From Catajapyx aquilonaris (lineage: Eukaryota), in assembly GCA_000934665.2 (NCBI GenBank), contig KZ539008.1, positions 1-36,660 of the forward strand: DNA of 36,660 bases, in the 5' to 3' direction. Numbering within the stretch: position 1 is the first letter of the stretch; each line of letters begins with the position of its first letter. Below the pieces are notes generated by a model. That model was not told the DNA's origin. It ran no database searches and was given only the letters and a program-made list of their open reading frames with translations. Shown one piece after another: positions 9,601 to 20,800 of this stretch. A program made the translations under genes and the position numbers.

Positions 9601-11554
9601 AAACTAATGGATGACATAATGAACATTACTCTTCCATCAGGAATAGTGAAGTATTTATCTTTTACATACACACTCTGCTGTTTAAAATTTAACTAAGGCA
9701 ATACAAAAATGATTAGTGGGCCTGCATTAACCTATTTGATGAGAAAATGTACAGTACCTATATTGCTGGAGCAGGACTTTTGGATACATGGAGTTCGACT
9801 ACTACTACTACTACTACTACTACTTTTTTTTTTTTCTCCAGGCGTGCCAGCCATGTGATCAGTGCATGTTTTGAAAAAATATGCCTTGAGGAGCAAGATA
9901 TTCTCTCAACCCCTGAAGATGTCAGCAAGATGCTTCAACTTGTCTCCAATGAGCAGCTGCGCAAGGCAATGGAGGCTGAAATGAAGCGATACAGTAGCTC
10001 GCGAGATAGATGGGATGCTCTATGCCGGGTCTTCAATGATATGAAACGGAAGGTATGGTAAATTACTATCATGGTTATTTAGTGGGGGTCATTACTGTAT
10101 TCCTTTAGGTTGGATTGTTGTGTATGATAAATGTTTTGACTTGTGAATGAGGTTTCTGTAATATGGGACATAAAGCTAAGGTTAAAGCCTTGTTGTGATG
10201 GGCTGTATGTTTGAAAAGTGGGCAGTTTGTTGCTCAAGCTTTCACCATTTCCTGAATAGCCCCATTCCAGTCCCTTGTTTTGTGTTCATCAAATGTTGGT
10301 GTAGGTAGGAGCAGGAGCAGGGATGGATTATTGCTGAACAGGGAGTATTCTCTGTCCCATGTAGCCTCATTCCACTCCTGATTTTACTAGCTAATGCATA
10401 ATTGGAGGTTTCTTTCTTAATTTTTGTTGATGCAACCGATCTTGATTCTGTTCAGACTTCTAAGACAATTTCTCCTGTTGATTTGGGCAATTTTTGATTC
10501 ACATCATAAAGACTGTCAATTGTGGTTTTATCATCCACTTACATGATAGAAATGTACTGCTGATTAGACCACTCAGATCGTCAGATGCCACATGCAGTAG
10601 CTGCATGAACTGTTCAGTATCTCTTGTAATGCTCAAACCACAAACCATGGGTGAGGTCACAAGTTACCAAAGTCAACTGGAGCATATTTTTAATGCTTTA
10701 TATATAGAGATATGTATCCAAGAAGAACGTTAAGGGCTCCATGCGCATCAACATAACTTATGGCAAATTTATTACCGTGTTTTGAAAAGGTTTTCACCCT
10801 GCATAATCAGTTTTCTCCTCAATTTGAGTTGAGGCAAGAGCAGGTTGTATCAAAGGAAATTAGTGAAAATCTCAGATTATATGTAGGTGTTCACAATGAA
10901 AAATCCTATGAAATTTTAAATTTCCTGCTTCAATATGTGTTGATACAGTTGCCCTACATTCAAGATGTGCACTCATGCTTATGACATGGCAAAATATGCT
11001 GCAAGATGCATGCAAGTTGTGCCGCCTTACAGTTTAAGAGATTACAAAATGGCTCAGCAAAGGATGGTTTTCATGTACTTACTCTTGAATCATGCTATGA
11101 CAACTTTCAGGGTGAACTGAAGAAGTCAGGGAACTTCCTACTAGAGGAGATAAAATTCCAATATACCTACCCTCGCTTGGACATCAATGTCAGCAAAGGT
11201 GTGAACCACTTACTGAAGGCTCCCTTCTGTATCCACCCCAAGACTGGAAAAGTATGCATTCCATTCGACCCCAAAAAAGTGGACCAACTCAATCCAAGTG
11301 CAGTCCCATCTGTCAGGTAAGGAGAAATAACCTCATCTTCATATAAGCTGAAAGTAACATTTCATGATATATGCAGCCAGCTAATTGAAGAAATTAGCCA
11401 GTACGAAGCTGAGCACACCAACTCAGAGGAGAAGATCAAGGACTATAAAAAGACCAGCCTGTATCCAAGTATCCAAATTATGGAAGAAATGATAAAAAAC
11501 CTGCAAGCGAGTTGTAAACCAAAGAAATCAGTTCAGAACACAAATGACTTCTAA
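6700..11554 (+). CDS. PRIM1: DNA primase small (catalytic) subunit; exons 6700-6805, 6868-7024, 7831-8205, 9842-10052, 11111-11316, 11377-11554 (410 aa)
   Basis: Archaeo-eukaryotic primase motifs: [44 protein letters not shown] (catalytic Asp pair), zinc knuckle [51 protein letters not shown]. All five introns are GT-AG with compatible phases (1,2,2,0,2). Total 1233 nt. Confidence 0.97.
8542..8775. mobile_element. hAT (Charlie-like) MITE in PRIM1 intron 3
   Basis: Perfect 15-bp TIR caggggttcccaacc / ggttgggaacccctg and perfect 8-bp TSD gtgtaatg (8534-8541, 8776-8783). Confidence 0.92.
9084..9514. mobile_element. Tc1/mariner-type MITE with long (~120 bp) imperfect TIRs in PRIM1 intron 3
   Basis: CAGGG...CCCTG+TA termini. 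The arms (ctaggcgatca...catgggtctccgacacatagttgccaagataat versus attatctcggtaactatgcgtcggagacccatg...tgatcgcctag) are inverted copies. Same family as 27866-28776. Confidence 0.8.
9798..9824 (+). repeat. (ACT)9 microsatellite abutting the polypyrimidine tract of PRIM1 exon 4
   Basis: Read directly: nine ACT units, then a T-run and ctccag|G. Confidence 0.95.
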
Positions 11555-11758
11555 AAACATCCGCAACTTTTATATCGTCAGTAAGCAAAAAAAAATATAT
11601 GTACAGGTGCCTTGTGTGTGATTATGTGCCTTGAGGTGACAGGAAAAAAAATTGATGTCCTTTTCCAATATTTAGTTAGAAACGAAAAGTCAAGTGACAT
11701 TTATACACCTTTGGCATGAAAAACAGCACACAGCAAATTGTGTTGGAAATGCGGGGGA

Positions 11759-11764
11759 AATAAA
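11759..11764 (+). terminator. Candidate PRIM1 polyadenylation signal AATAAA
   Basis: First canonical AATAAA after the PRIM1 stop, about 205 nt downstream. Confidence 0.45.
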
Positions 11765-11911
11765 AGTACTGTATAAAAAAAGAACTTTCAGGTCCAGTTT
11801 TTCTTGCTCCCCACCACATTTTGAAGATCGTTGTTAGCTTATTGCACACACACATGCACATTCCTTTTTTGATGTAAAGCTGGAAAACACACTGAATGCA
11901 GATGTGGTGAA

Positions 11912-14900
11912 TCAGGTCTCTTTCCTGGGGAGCTGGGGTATTGAAATCTCTGGAATCATCTGCAAAGAAAAATAGCATCTGTTTAGAATCACTGCCTCCT
12001 GTTTACACTCCTGCAAGACAGTCTGACGCTTGCAAGACTTGCAAGTTTACTACGAATAGATAGTTAACTGGAATGTATTTACCTTCATGAGGTTGTCCAA
12101 TCCTAAGAGATAACCCTCTTCGTGGTTACCCTGCCTCCATGGAGTGCGGTGGTCCACCTTGGTCCCATTGGGCAATGCTAGGGTTTTGGCAAAGTCAATC
12201 ATCCATGCTCCCACTTTCACATCATCATATATGATCAGGATGCTGCTGCCCAACACCTCGTGGGATCGGAAAAACTGGGAGTCCGAGAACTTCTGCTCGA
12301 TCTCCTTCAGGCGGGCAACTAGCTTGTGGCGGACATCTTCCCGACAATTCAGGAACCGTGCTATCGTTGATTTCACCTCTTCCCACTGTTTCAATTTCTT
12401 CAAGTCATCTGTCACTGGCGGTGAGCCTCGCATCTGAGGGAGAAAAATTGAAATGTAATGGTTTCCAAAAAAAAAAAAACAGAACATGAGAAGAGCTTAT
12501 GAATTTAGTGGTGCAAGTGTATTGGTGGTCTGACCTAAATTAAACCAAGGCTCTTCAATCCTGACAATGTTGTAAGTTACACAGATCATAACAGCAGATA
12601 AAAAGCTGTGGAGGCAGCTTTGAGGAATGTGAATGACAGATTGATAGCTAAATGACTGCCAACTGACATCACGCCCCTCCCACAGGACTACCAGAACTAC
12701 ATATCTGATCAGTTAAGGCCTATTCCTTGTAAATAATGTAAACAAACAACCCACTAGATAGGGATATACACCATTTCCTCCTCTCTCTGATAGTACCTGT
12801 CACATTTTACGTAATATTTAAAATTTTTTCCATAATCAGAAAACAATAATCATTCCTCAGAAGGGGTATAGACTTGCGCAGTTTTTTATCACTCAACACC
12901 CACTTTAACAATGAACAGGTGATAAGAAAAAAAAGGATTGTGTATTTCTTGAAATTGCAACACAATATGAGCTCTCCTACCTTAACTGCCTCTATGCGGA
13001 ACCCAAGGCTGCAAGTGGAGCTCTGCTCTTCCCTGAACTGCATATATCGTAGTTTCGTGACAGCTTGCGCAGCATGCTCCTCAGCTGTTGGAGCATGTGG
13101 GTCAATCTTAACCATCTTCTGGTAGAGGTCAGGCCTTGGGTTGTTGTTGGTGACCTCTGATTCCAGGAAGGTACGGGTTCCCATCTTGATATCAATTACA
13201 TTGGGGTCTTCAAATTCATGAAGGAGGTCCTGCATCTCAATAAAGTTTTCCTCCTGGTAGACTACCTCCCGGAAGTAGTGGGGGACCAGATCACGGGTGG
13301 ATTCATCTTGCATCAGAGCCTCATACACACAGCTCTCATTGTTGTCGCTGCCAGAAGTCTTTTTCCAGATGGTCCCTGGGCCTGCTGGAGCAAACGAATC
13401 AGGGTGGCCGGAGAGTTGGAACCAACTGTTCCGCCGGTTCTTCAGGAGGAGATCACTTGCTGGTGCTGTTAAGTCCAAGGCATTCTGGAAATTGGTTAAT
13501 GAAGAATTAATAAATATCCTAGTGCTTCTCATAATGCAGTGGTGTAAGAGATGAGCCACTTACCAGTGCCAACAACTGGAGCAGTGTCATGTCATCGGGG
13601 ACGACATCTGGTCCTGGCTTCCCCTCGCTCTTGTGGTTGTCGCCAGAGTTCTTCTTGTTTGCCTTGTTGCTTTCCTTTGTATCTACCACAGTGCTGCACT
13701 CCTTATTCCTAGCCTCCGCCTTCTCGCTCTTGAGGTTCCCACTCTTGCGCCATTTCTTGAAAGCGCTCTTCTTCTTTGGGACGCTTTCCTCCGACTGGTT
13801 CTGCGCTGCTGCAGATGGCTTCTGGGTCTGCAGAAAGCTGCTCAGGTCCAAGCCACGCTCTCCTACTGCCTGCCAAGCACAATCAACAGACCAAAAATTA
13901 TAGTCAAACTCAACCACTGGGGTATTGTTTATTTGTGCTAACCTCAAAGGCCAAACCACTTTTGTCTGATGACTTCCTTTCCGCAAATTTCAGAAGATTG
14001 GAAAAAACACTGGGGTGGTGCAACGTGTTTTGTAAATATCAGTGTGTTTGGGGAGGCTTGCTACACTTTTACGATTTCAGGAAAAATGCCGTTAATGGGA
14101 CCGGAAATTGGTGGAAGTCACACCTTGGGCATCCAAGGTCCAACTGGTCTGAAAGGCCTTAAGTGCTAGCAGAAAAAAAATGCGTCAGATAGGGTCAAAT
14201 TGTGTGTATGGCAAGCCTTGGTGCTATAAAGTGTAAACGATCGAGGTTAACTGGTCATTGGTCCGGATAAACTCTTTTTGCCCCCTTCAGATACGCGATG
14301 AACACTCGCATTTTAACCGTGAAAAATTAATCCCCCACTTATCAATTTAATTGCTGATTCCCTGCATAAAACCGACCTTCTCTAACTTCCCCATGCAGAA
14401 TACGGCCTTTCCCTTCCAAGGATTCAGCCCCACTCACCCAACCCCAGGTCAATCCATCACGATTAATCAAAATCATACACATCCCTCTTGTAAACAACTC
14501 GACCCCGTTAGAGTACACATTGTTGCATCCCCTGAACCCCAAGTTGCCCTGACACCACCACGGACGTCAACGATGTCCAGATAGCTCCAGACACGTCTAT
14601 TGTCATTGACCCACATTATAGCGGGGGCCGTTATATTTAAAGATTCACTCACGCCATAATGGACAGGTCTAGACCTATTTATACTATACAAACGTCGCGG
14701 CGGACCTCCCCAGGCGTCCTTTTACGCAAATGCCCTGCAGGGCCAAGGCTCTGGAGGTCGCTGACTTGCCATTGACGGCCACTTTAAAAGGTCACCGGCG
14801 ACCTCCGGAAGACATTTTTCTGGTAGTTACCCCTTGTATATCCTCGCAGTAGCCATGAATAAAGCTAGTCACGGGCGTGCCTGGATCACCCCACAAGACC

Positions 14901-17825
14901 GATGCCACACCTCCTAAGTGCGACCTACACCACTGGGAAAGGGTGCTCACGAGCCTCATTTGACCCGTTGGTTATGTCCGAGCAGTCCTGTGTGTCGGAA
15001 TGCAGGCCGTGCTGCCGCAACACTGGCCACCATGTGTCGGATTTTTATTTTATTTTTTTGTGAAACCCAGAAGGCGTGTGGCAGAATTGAAATATTGTTG
15101 CGTATCCCATATGTCCGGTACTGGTGCCCCATTGTTCGTTTGCCTGGCCCGCATCTGGCTGGTATTGTTCGCACGTATATGGGCCAGCACCTTGTTGGGG
15201 AAGGTTAGGGTTGTCCCTTTCATCTGCTTCAACAGCAGGTGAGAAAAGACGGAACTGAATGCTCTAGAATTTACGCCTGACGGCATTTGCATATCCTTTC
15301 CGGTCCCGTTACTTTTACAGAATGCAGTCAAGGAGTATGTGTCCCTCCCCCCCCTATAAGTGGGCTGCAACCTTGGTCATACTATCGACGGATGAGGTGC
15401 TAAAATGTGGGTCATGGTATCCGGAAATTTCGTGCTGTTCAATTTTATTATGGTTATATACACTACGCAGTCCCGACTTTTATCTATCCTCGTTTAAGAA
15501 AGTCAACATGGTATCACCCAACGGAAGTGTATGCGATTATTCACGTTATTGCGTTTCAGACCTCCGTACACACCGCAGCTTCCGTTCGTGGTGACCAAAC
15601 ACACACCAAGCGCATGTCAAACCATGACTCATATGTCTCGAAATATTTCGCGAATTTTTTTTATTCCCCCCCCCCTCCCATATGGCCTGTACTTCAAACA
15701 AGTATGCCATATGCAATGATAGCAATCTATAGATTGCGACATACTCGGCTAAAAAAGCACATCTGTCCATATGTATATATACCTGACACACGAGACACGA
15801 CAGACAAGCCTGCGTCACTAACAAGCGCCAGTAATTACCATTCTTGCGCAAGTTTCGAGGACCACAATCCGGATAATGGGGAGGTCCTTTCGGACATTTC
15901 CGGGGTCATCTTCCACTTGCGTCATTTGAAGTGCTTCAGAGACAAAGCGTGGTAAAAATTTGTGAAATAAAACGCTTTATGAGCAATCATCGCATGCGCT
16001 CTAAGGGTTATACTCAGTTTCGTTCGCGGATCAGACACTGTTTGACGTCATACCACGATTCTGCGTAGGCTCCAAAACAATCGCGCAAAAATTGTCCGAA
16101 GATTGTCGCAATGTCCACGGCTGGATTTCAGCCAATGCATCAATCGACGCAAATAAATCAGAATCAATTTACGTAATAGTCGAACAAAAAAACCACCGAC
16201 CCCAATTTTCAGTGTTTATGTCGCTAAAATTCGCGATATAATCGCGAGTCCGCTTTCCCCGCCAAAACGAACGTCACTTGACTAGCAAAAAAAAGCCAAT
16301 CACATTGCGAAATCACTTCCGTCGCACATCTAAAAATTTCCCCATACCACCTGGTTCCTTTTCAACGTCATCCATGACGCTCAAATGGTCAGAACCATTC
16401 TCAGATTTCTCGAAATTTAATCTCCCCCAACGTGTATGTAGAAACTCGGTGCTCTTGTACTCTCTAACAAATCACGTCACTGATAGTGCATGATTACGAC
16501 ACGGAATTTTAACCCTATATGCAATAACCTCTCAATATCACAACCCTAGCTTATTCTTAGCTCTGAATATATTTTGCCTTTTTGAAAGGTCGCGCTTCTG
16601 GACTTTGTGACCTTCCTTCACAGATGTGTGTCGTTTGCGTGACGTTTTATTTACAGCCCAATGTCCAGCCTTGATGGTGTGTAAATCTCGAGTTCATCCT
16701 TCATCAGAACGCACCCGAATCGTTAAAAAAATATTGAATTAAATGGACTCTTCAGATACATGAAGTGGGAGGGGAGTGAGGAATTACAACCGCATAGATA
16801 TTATTCACAGTCACTTTGAAGGACCGGAGCTGCAAAACCGCGATATCCTGTCGGACCAAGGTTGGACTTGTAGAGAAAGATGAATTTGGCAGTTCCGCCA
16901 AGGTCCACATCGGAAGTTGTATCTCAAATGTGGCAAAGTGCAGTACTTCCTGTAGCCTACGTGCGATAGCTCAAGATTATATTGAATTGACTCGAGGGGC
17001 ACCGTGCTGCATATAAATTATCCAGAGACAAATTGTTGCATATACAAACCAGTGCATGTCTTCAGAATCAGTTGCTGCAAAGTTTCTAACTAAAAATGCA
17101 AATGCAGGCAGATTTTAAAGGCTAGAACATGCTTTTTCTTATTAACAAAATCCCTATTTATGCAATGCACGTAAAATGTAGCAACGTAACTCGATCGTGA
17201 CGGCATGGTCTATGTACTTAGCCGTTTCCTTGAAGGATCTGCCGTATCATCATTTCACAAGTGGGCTATATCAAGCTGAAATGACCCTCACAGATACTAT
17301 TTTTACCCCTTGATATTAAATGGAATCCTTCCTATCACCAAGGTCCACGACAGATAGGCCTACAAGAAATGCCACACGCTTTGTCACACCTATCACTCGG
17401 TATGTAAAAAGAGATAGAAACTCTCTGAGGTAACAATTTCTATACACTACTGACGCAAGCACGTAAAAACTAACTCGTGCAAACTTGCTAAACAACCTAC
17501 ATAAAAACAAGAAATGTCCAACAATCACACCATACTCTCAGTCACCCCAACACGACATTACCGTCATTTTTTTTAACATTGCAAAAAAAAAAAATTAGTT
17601 CACTGTAAAACTAATATTCCAGACCACATATTTTTCCAACAAATTATCCTGACACCCCCATAATTTGACCTGAGCTGACCTCACCTTTTTCACTCGATGA
17701 TTCAATTCCACCAGACTATCGTACTGTTCAGCCGCCTTAAGAAACAGATGCATCACGATAGATTCCATCCGAGACAACGCTCGTGTCACTTTCTTCATCC
17801 GGGACACACTTCCCGATCCACGCAT
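11912..17825 (-). CDS. IP3K1: Inositol-1,4,5-trisphosphate 3-kinase, IP3K1-like; exons 17825-17685 (inferred), 13869-13564, 13484-12981, 12433-12083, 11959-11912 (~449 aa)
   Basis: IPK-family motifs: WFQLSGH, MQDLL, PNVIDIKMGTRTF, DLYQKM, KLRYMQFRE...LGFRIEA, HEVLGSSILIIYD, WMIDFAKT, GNHEEGYLLGLDNL. All junctions are phase 0 and GT-AG. The catalytic exons are secure. The first and last exons are inferred from splice signals and phase. The IP3K1 rather than IP3K2 assignment rests on my recall of the WFQLSGH/KLRYMQFRE versus WVQLAGH/KPRYMQWRE variants. Confidence 0.88.
17685..17825 (-). CDS. Inferred first coding exon of IP3K1 (MRGSGSVSRMKKVTRALSRMESIVMHLFLKAAEQYDSLVELNHRVKK)
   Basis: ATG-initiated 47-codon frame ending at a strong phase-0 donor AAG|gtgagg, which matches the phase-0 acceptor ttggcag|GCA at 13869. 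Preceded by a CpG-rich, GA-repeat-containing promoter-like stretch (17830-18110). Confidence 0.65.
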
Positions 17826-20800
17826 CCAATGATCCTCCTCAATTCCTCTTATACGTCCAGACCACTAACGCTAATCGGTACCGTTCTCTACCGAGCTCGC
17901 AGCTCATCTGAGGCTTTTCTGCTGCTGGTTGGATGACGGCACGGCCGCAACCGGTAGATAAAGAGCGAGTGGCTAGTACACATTGCGGTGTTGCCAAGGA
18001 TAGAGAGAGAGAGAGACCTACGTGAGGACAGGTCTGTTCTAATCGGTGGTCGACACCGTTGTGAAACCTTTTGGATGGAGAGAACTGAGGGGGGGGGGGG
18101 ATGACGTTGGTTGCGACCTTCTTTTACAGGGAGGATGTGGATGGCATGGCGGGAGAAAATGGGCAAAGTTGCCATACTGTGCGATTTTTTTGTGTGTGAA
18201 AAATGTCAATGAACTTGTTGGCCTTGTTTTAGAAGGTGGCCACTTTGTATTGTTATTAGAGCTTGGGGATGGTCCAAGTTTAATTTGAACCTTGCTTCCA
18301 TATCTTACAGCCCACTATTGCATTACCAGCAATTTATTACACGAGGCTAACTTTATGACACCCTGTTACATTCGGCAGAACCTTTGCCCCCGTAAAACCG
18401 CGAGTTATGAAATATGGAGTTCATCCTCTCGCAACATTTACCTTGACTATTGAGCGATTTACGACACCTTATATCCTTCGAGACGATTCAGTAGGGGGGG
18501 GGGGGTGACCCACTGAAAGTTTGGCAAGGTCGCATCTATTTTCTACCCATATCTAGGCCACGATCGGACATCAATCATTCGGAAGAGGGGAATCTCCATC
18601 AGGAAACCTTCTCGTGACGTCCACACAACGGGCAACCCCATATCCTAAGAAAACGGTACGACCCCCGTGACGTCACTTTTCAAAACATTCCGGATATCCC
18701 CTATATAACGGGGTTGCATATTTCAGACGTGATTTTTCTCCCAAGCACGTTGCGTCAACTCCGTTTCCCATAACTTTCTATTGAAGAAGTCAGTGCTATC
18801 AATATTCTATTGTCAATTTTTTTTTTTCTTCGCGGAATTATAGGGTCAGGCACTTGCTATTCAGACTATTTCTGAGCTATGTCAATGCGTCGTGCGTGGA
18901 CAGACGGTCGTAAGTGACACTTATGGGGAAAGTTACGGGCTCGTAAAAATTCGCAGAGTGTCAGGAAGGTGTCGGAACAATCGAACGTCTAGAGTGCATC
19001 ACCCTCTGACTCAATGCAATCAGGAAGGTCGCACTGAAACACCCTGTGGGCTTATGTATCACCGCCAAAGAATAGTCAACGCCCTTGCGTCATATCGGAC
19101 TAATTTTTTAAAAAATGGAATCAAGGTGCCTTATTATGGGCCAAGGGAGGTCACATTCCAGTAAATTTCCAAATACCTGCGGTACCCTGCTGATTGCCAG
19201 AGTACGTACATATTATTGCGTACATTCCCTAATTTTCTTAGGTTCATTCAGATTTGTATCAAACAGCAGCAGGGTTGGAAATAGGCGACCTTCCTGGCGG
19301 GCAATACCTCAACAGCACTTCTAATAGGCAGACTGGATTCATTGTGCGCCTCCGGTGCAATTACATTGGCAAGATGGTGTGATCTAGCTTTAAGGAAGTA
19401 AACAAGAGCGTGCCTTTGTGACGCCTTTCAAGCCGTGCCAGGCTCGGTCAATTTACACCGGGTGGTGCACTGCTCAAGACCCTAGTTCACCAAGATGATA
19501 GCTGAGACAATTGCGGATTGTTCACCCTAGCAATCATCGAAAAATAAGCAACAACCACAGCTACTTCTCTCTAAACTGGTTGTTGGGGGGTAAACACCAC
19601 AAAACGTGTTCCCTAGCCCTCTTGTGAATTACGGACTGGGCAGTGAACCACCCAGTACATTCAAATTATAATAAACTCTGCCTATACATTCTTATTAGCG
19701 CTCGATGGCCTGTCTTTCGCAATTCCCCCCCCCCCCCTCCCAGGCATTGCAAATCTGACATCTAATTCGCATGAATTCACACAGAAACGAGCGTGTGTTT
19801 TAGACAGTTAAATTATGGCGTGATTTCTGGGGTTGTTTGCACTGTGAGTCAGGTAATTATTGTGCTCAACTAGTACTTGCGTCACGCCGATAGTGTTAGT
19901 CATATGATGAGGGCTTCTCCCATTGCAATGTGAAAAAGCAATAGACTTAAAAATAAACTGCTGTTATTTCTCATGGCCAGTCATGAGCTATGACGGCACA
20001 AAAAAAAATTATCCGATTTTATTGTATAAAACGGGTTATAAAACGCGTGTTCTACGCGTTGCATAAACACATGCGGCAGGCAAAAAAGGTATAGGTTGTT
20101 TTTAAAACTATTCTTGCTCTGTTCGGCAATAACAAGGAACATTAAGCCCTTGGAGGACTTTCAAAAGGTTGTGGAAAGGTGACGCGCCAAGACGGTCGTG
20201 ACCGGTCATTAAAACAGAGACTTAATCCGCTCAAGTTTAAGCTTTATCGCTCTTAGAGCTCTGGTATAGAGATCAAGGGTCGCGCAGTTGAAATAAAAAA
20301 AAGGCTTTTAAAGGATATTTCCAAGGTTGGCCAAGTCAGGTACATTTCTCAGCATGGCGGATTTCAGGTGACCTCATGGAAATTCCGGCATATCCTGAAA
20401 GAAATTAGGGGCACCTGATGCCGTTCGAATTCTTGGAGTCTTGCTTGTCACTGACATCGTGTGTACTGTACACGGTACTTGTTGTACGTCATGGGGATCC
20501 CGGATGATCCATAGTCAAGGAATGTTTTATGGCCACGCGACCGATATTCGATATCAGAGTGGCGCACAATGCTACATTCAAGTACGGTGTTTTAGACTGG
20601 TCACGGTTAATGTATGTACTGACAGAGGTCACGCCGTGATATTAGTTTAGGATCAATACATTCGCTGGACACGACTACTCGTATAGTCAAGTATAAAGAC
20701 AATGCACAAAACGAATAGGTGTAATGTCACAAATGCGGTTTGTGTGGACTACAATTTGACTGATGAAATTACGAGATTAAGGGATCGTTATTTCCAACCT

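Noticed and set aside
15407..15955. 182-aa plus-strand ORF in IP3K1 intron 1
   Set aside because: GTG start, no recognisable motif, random-like composition and no supporting splice structure.
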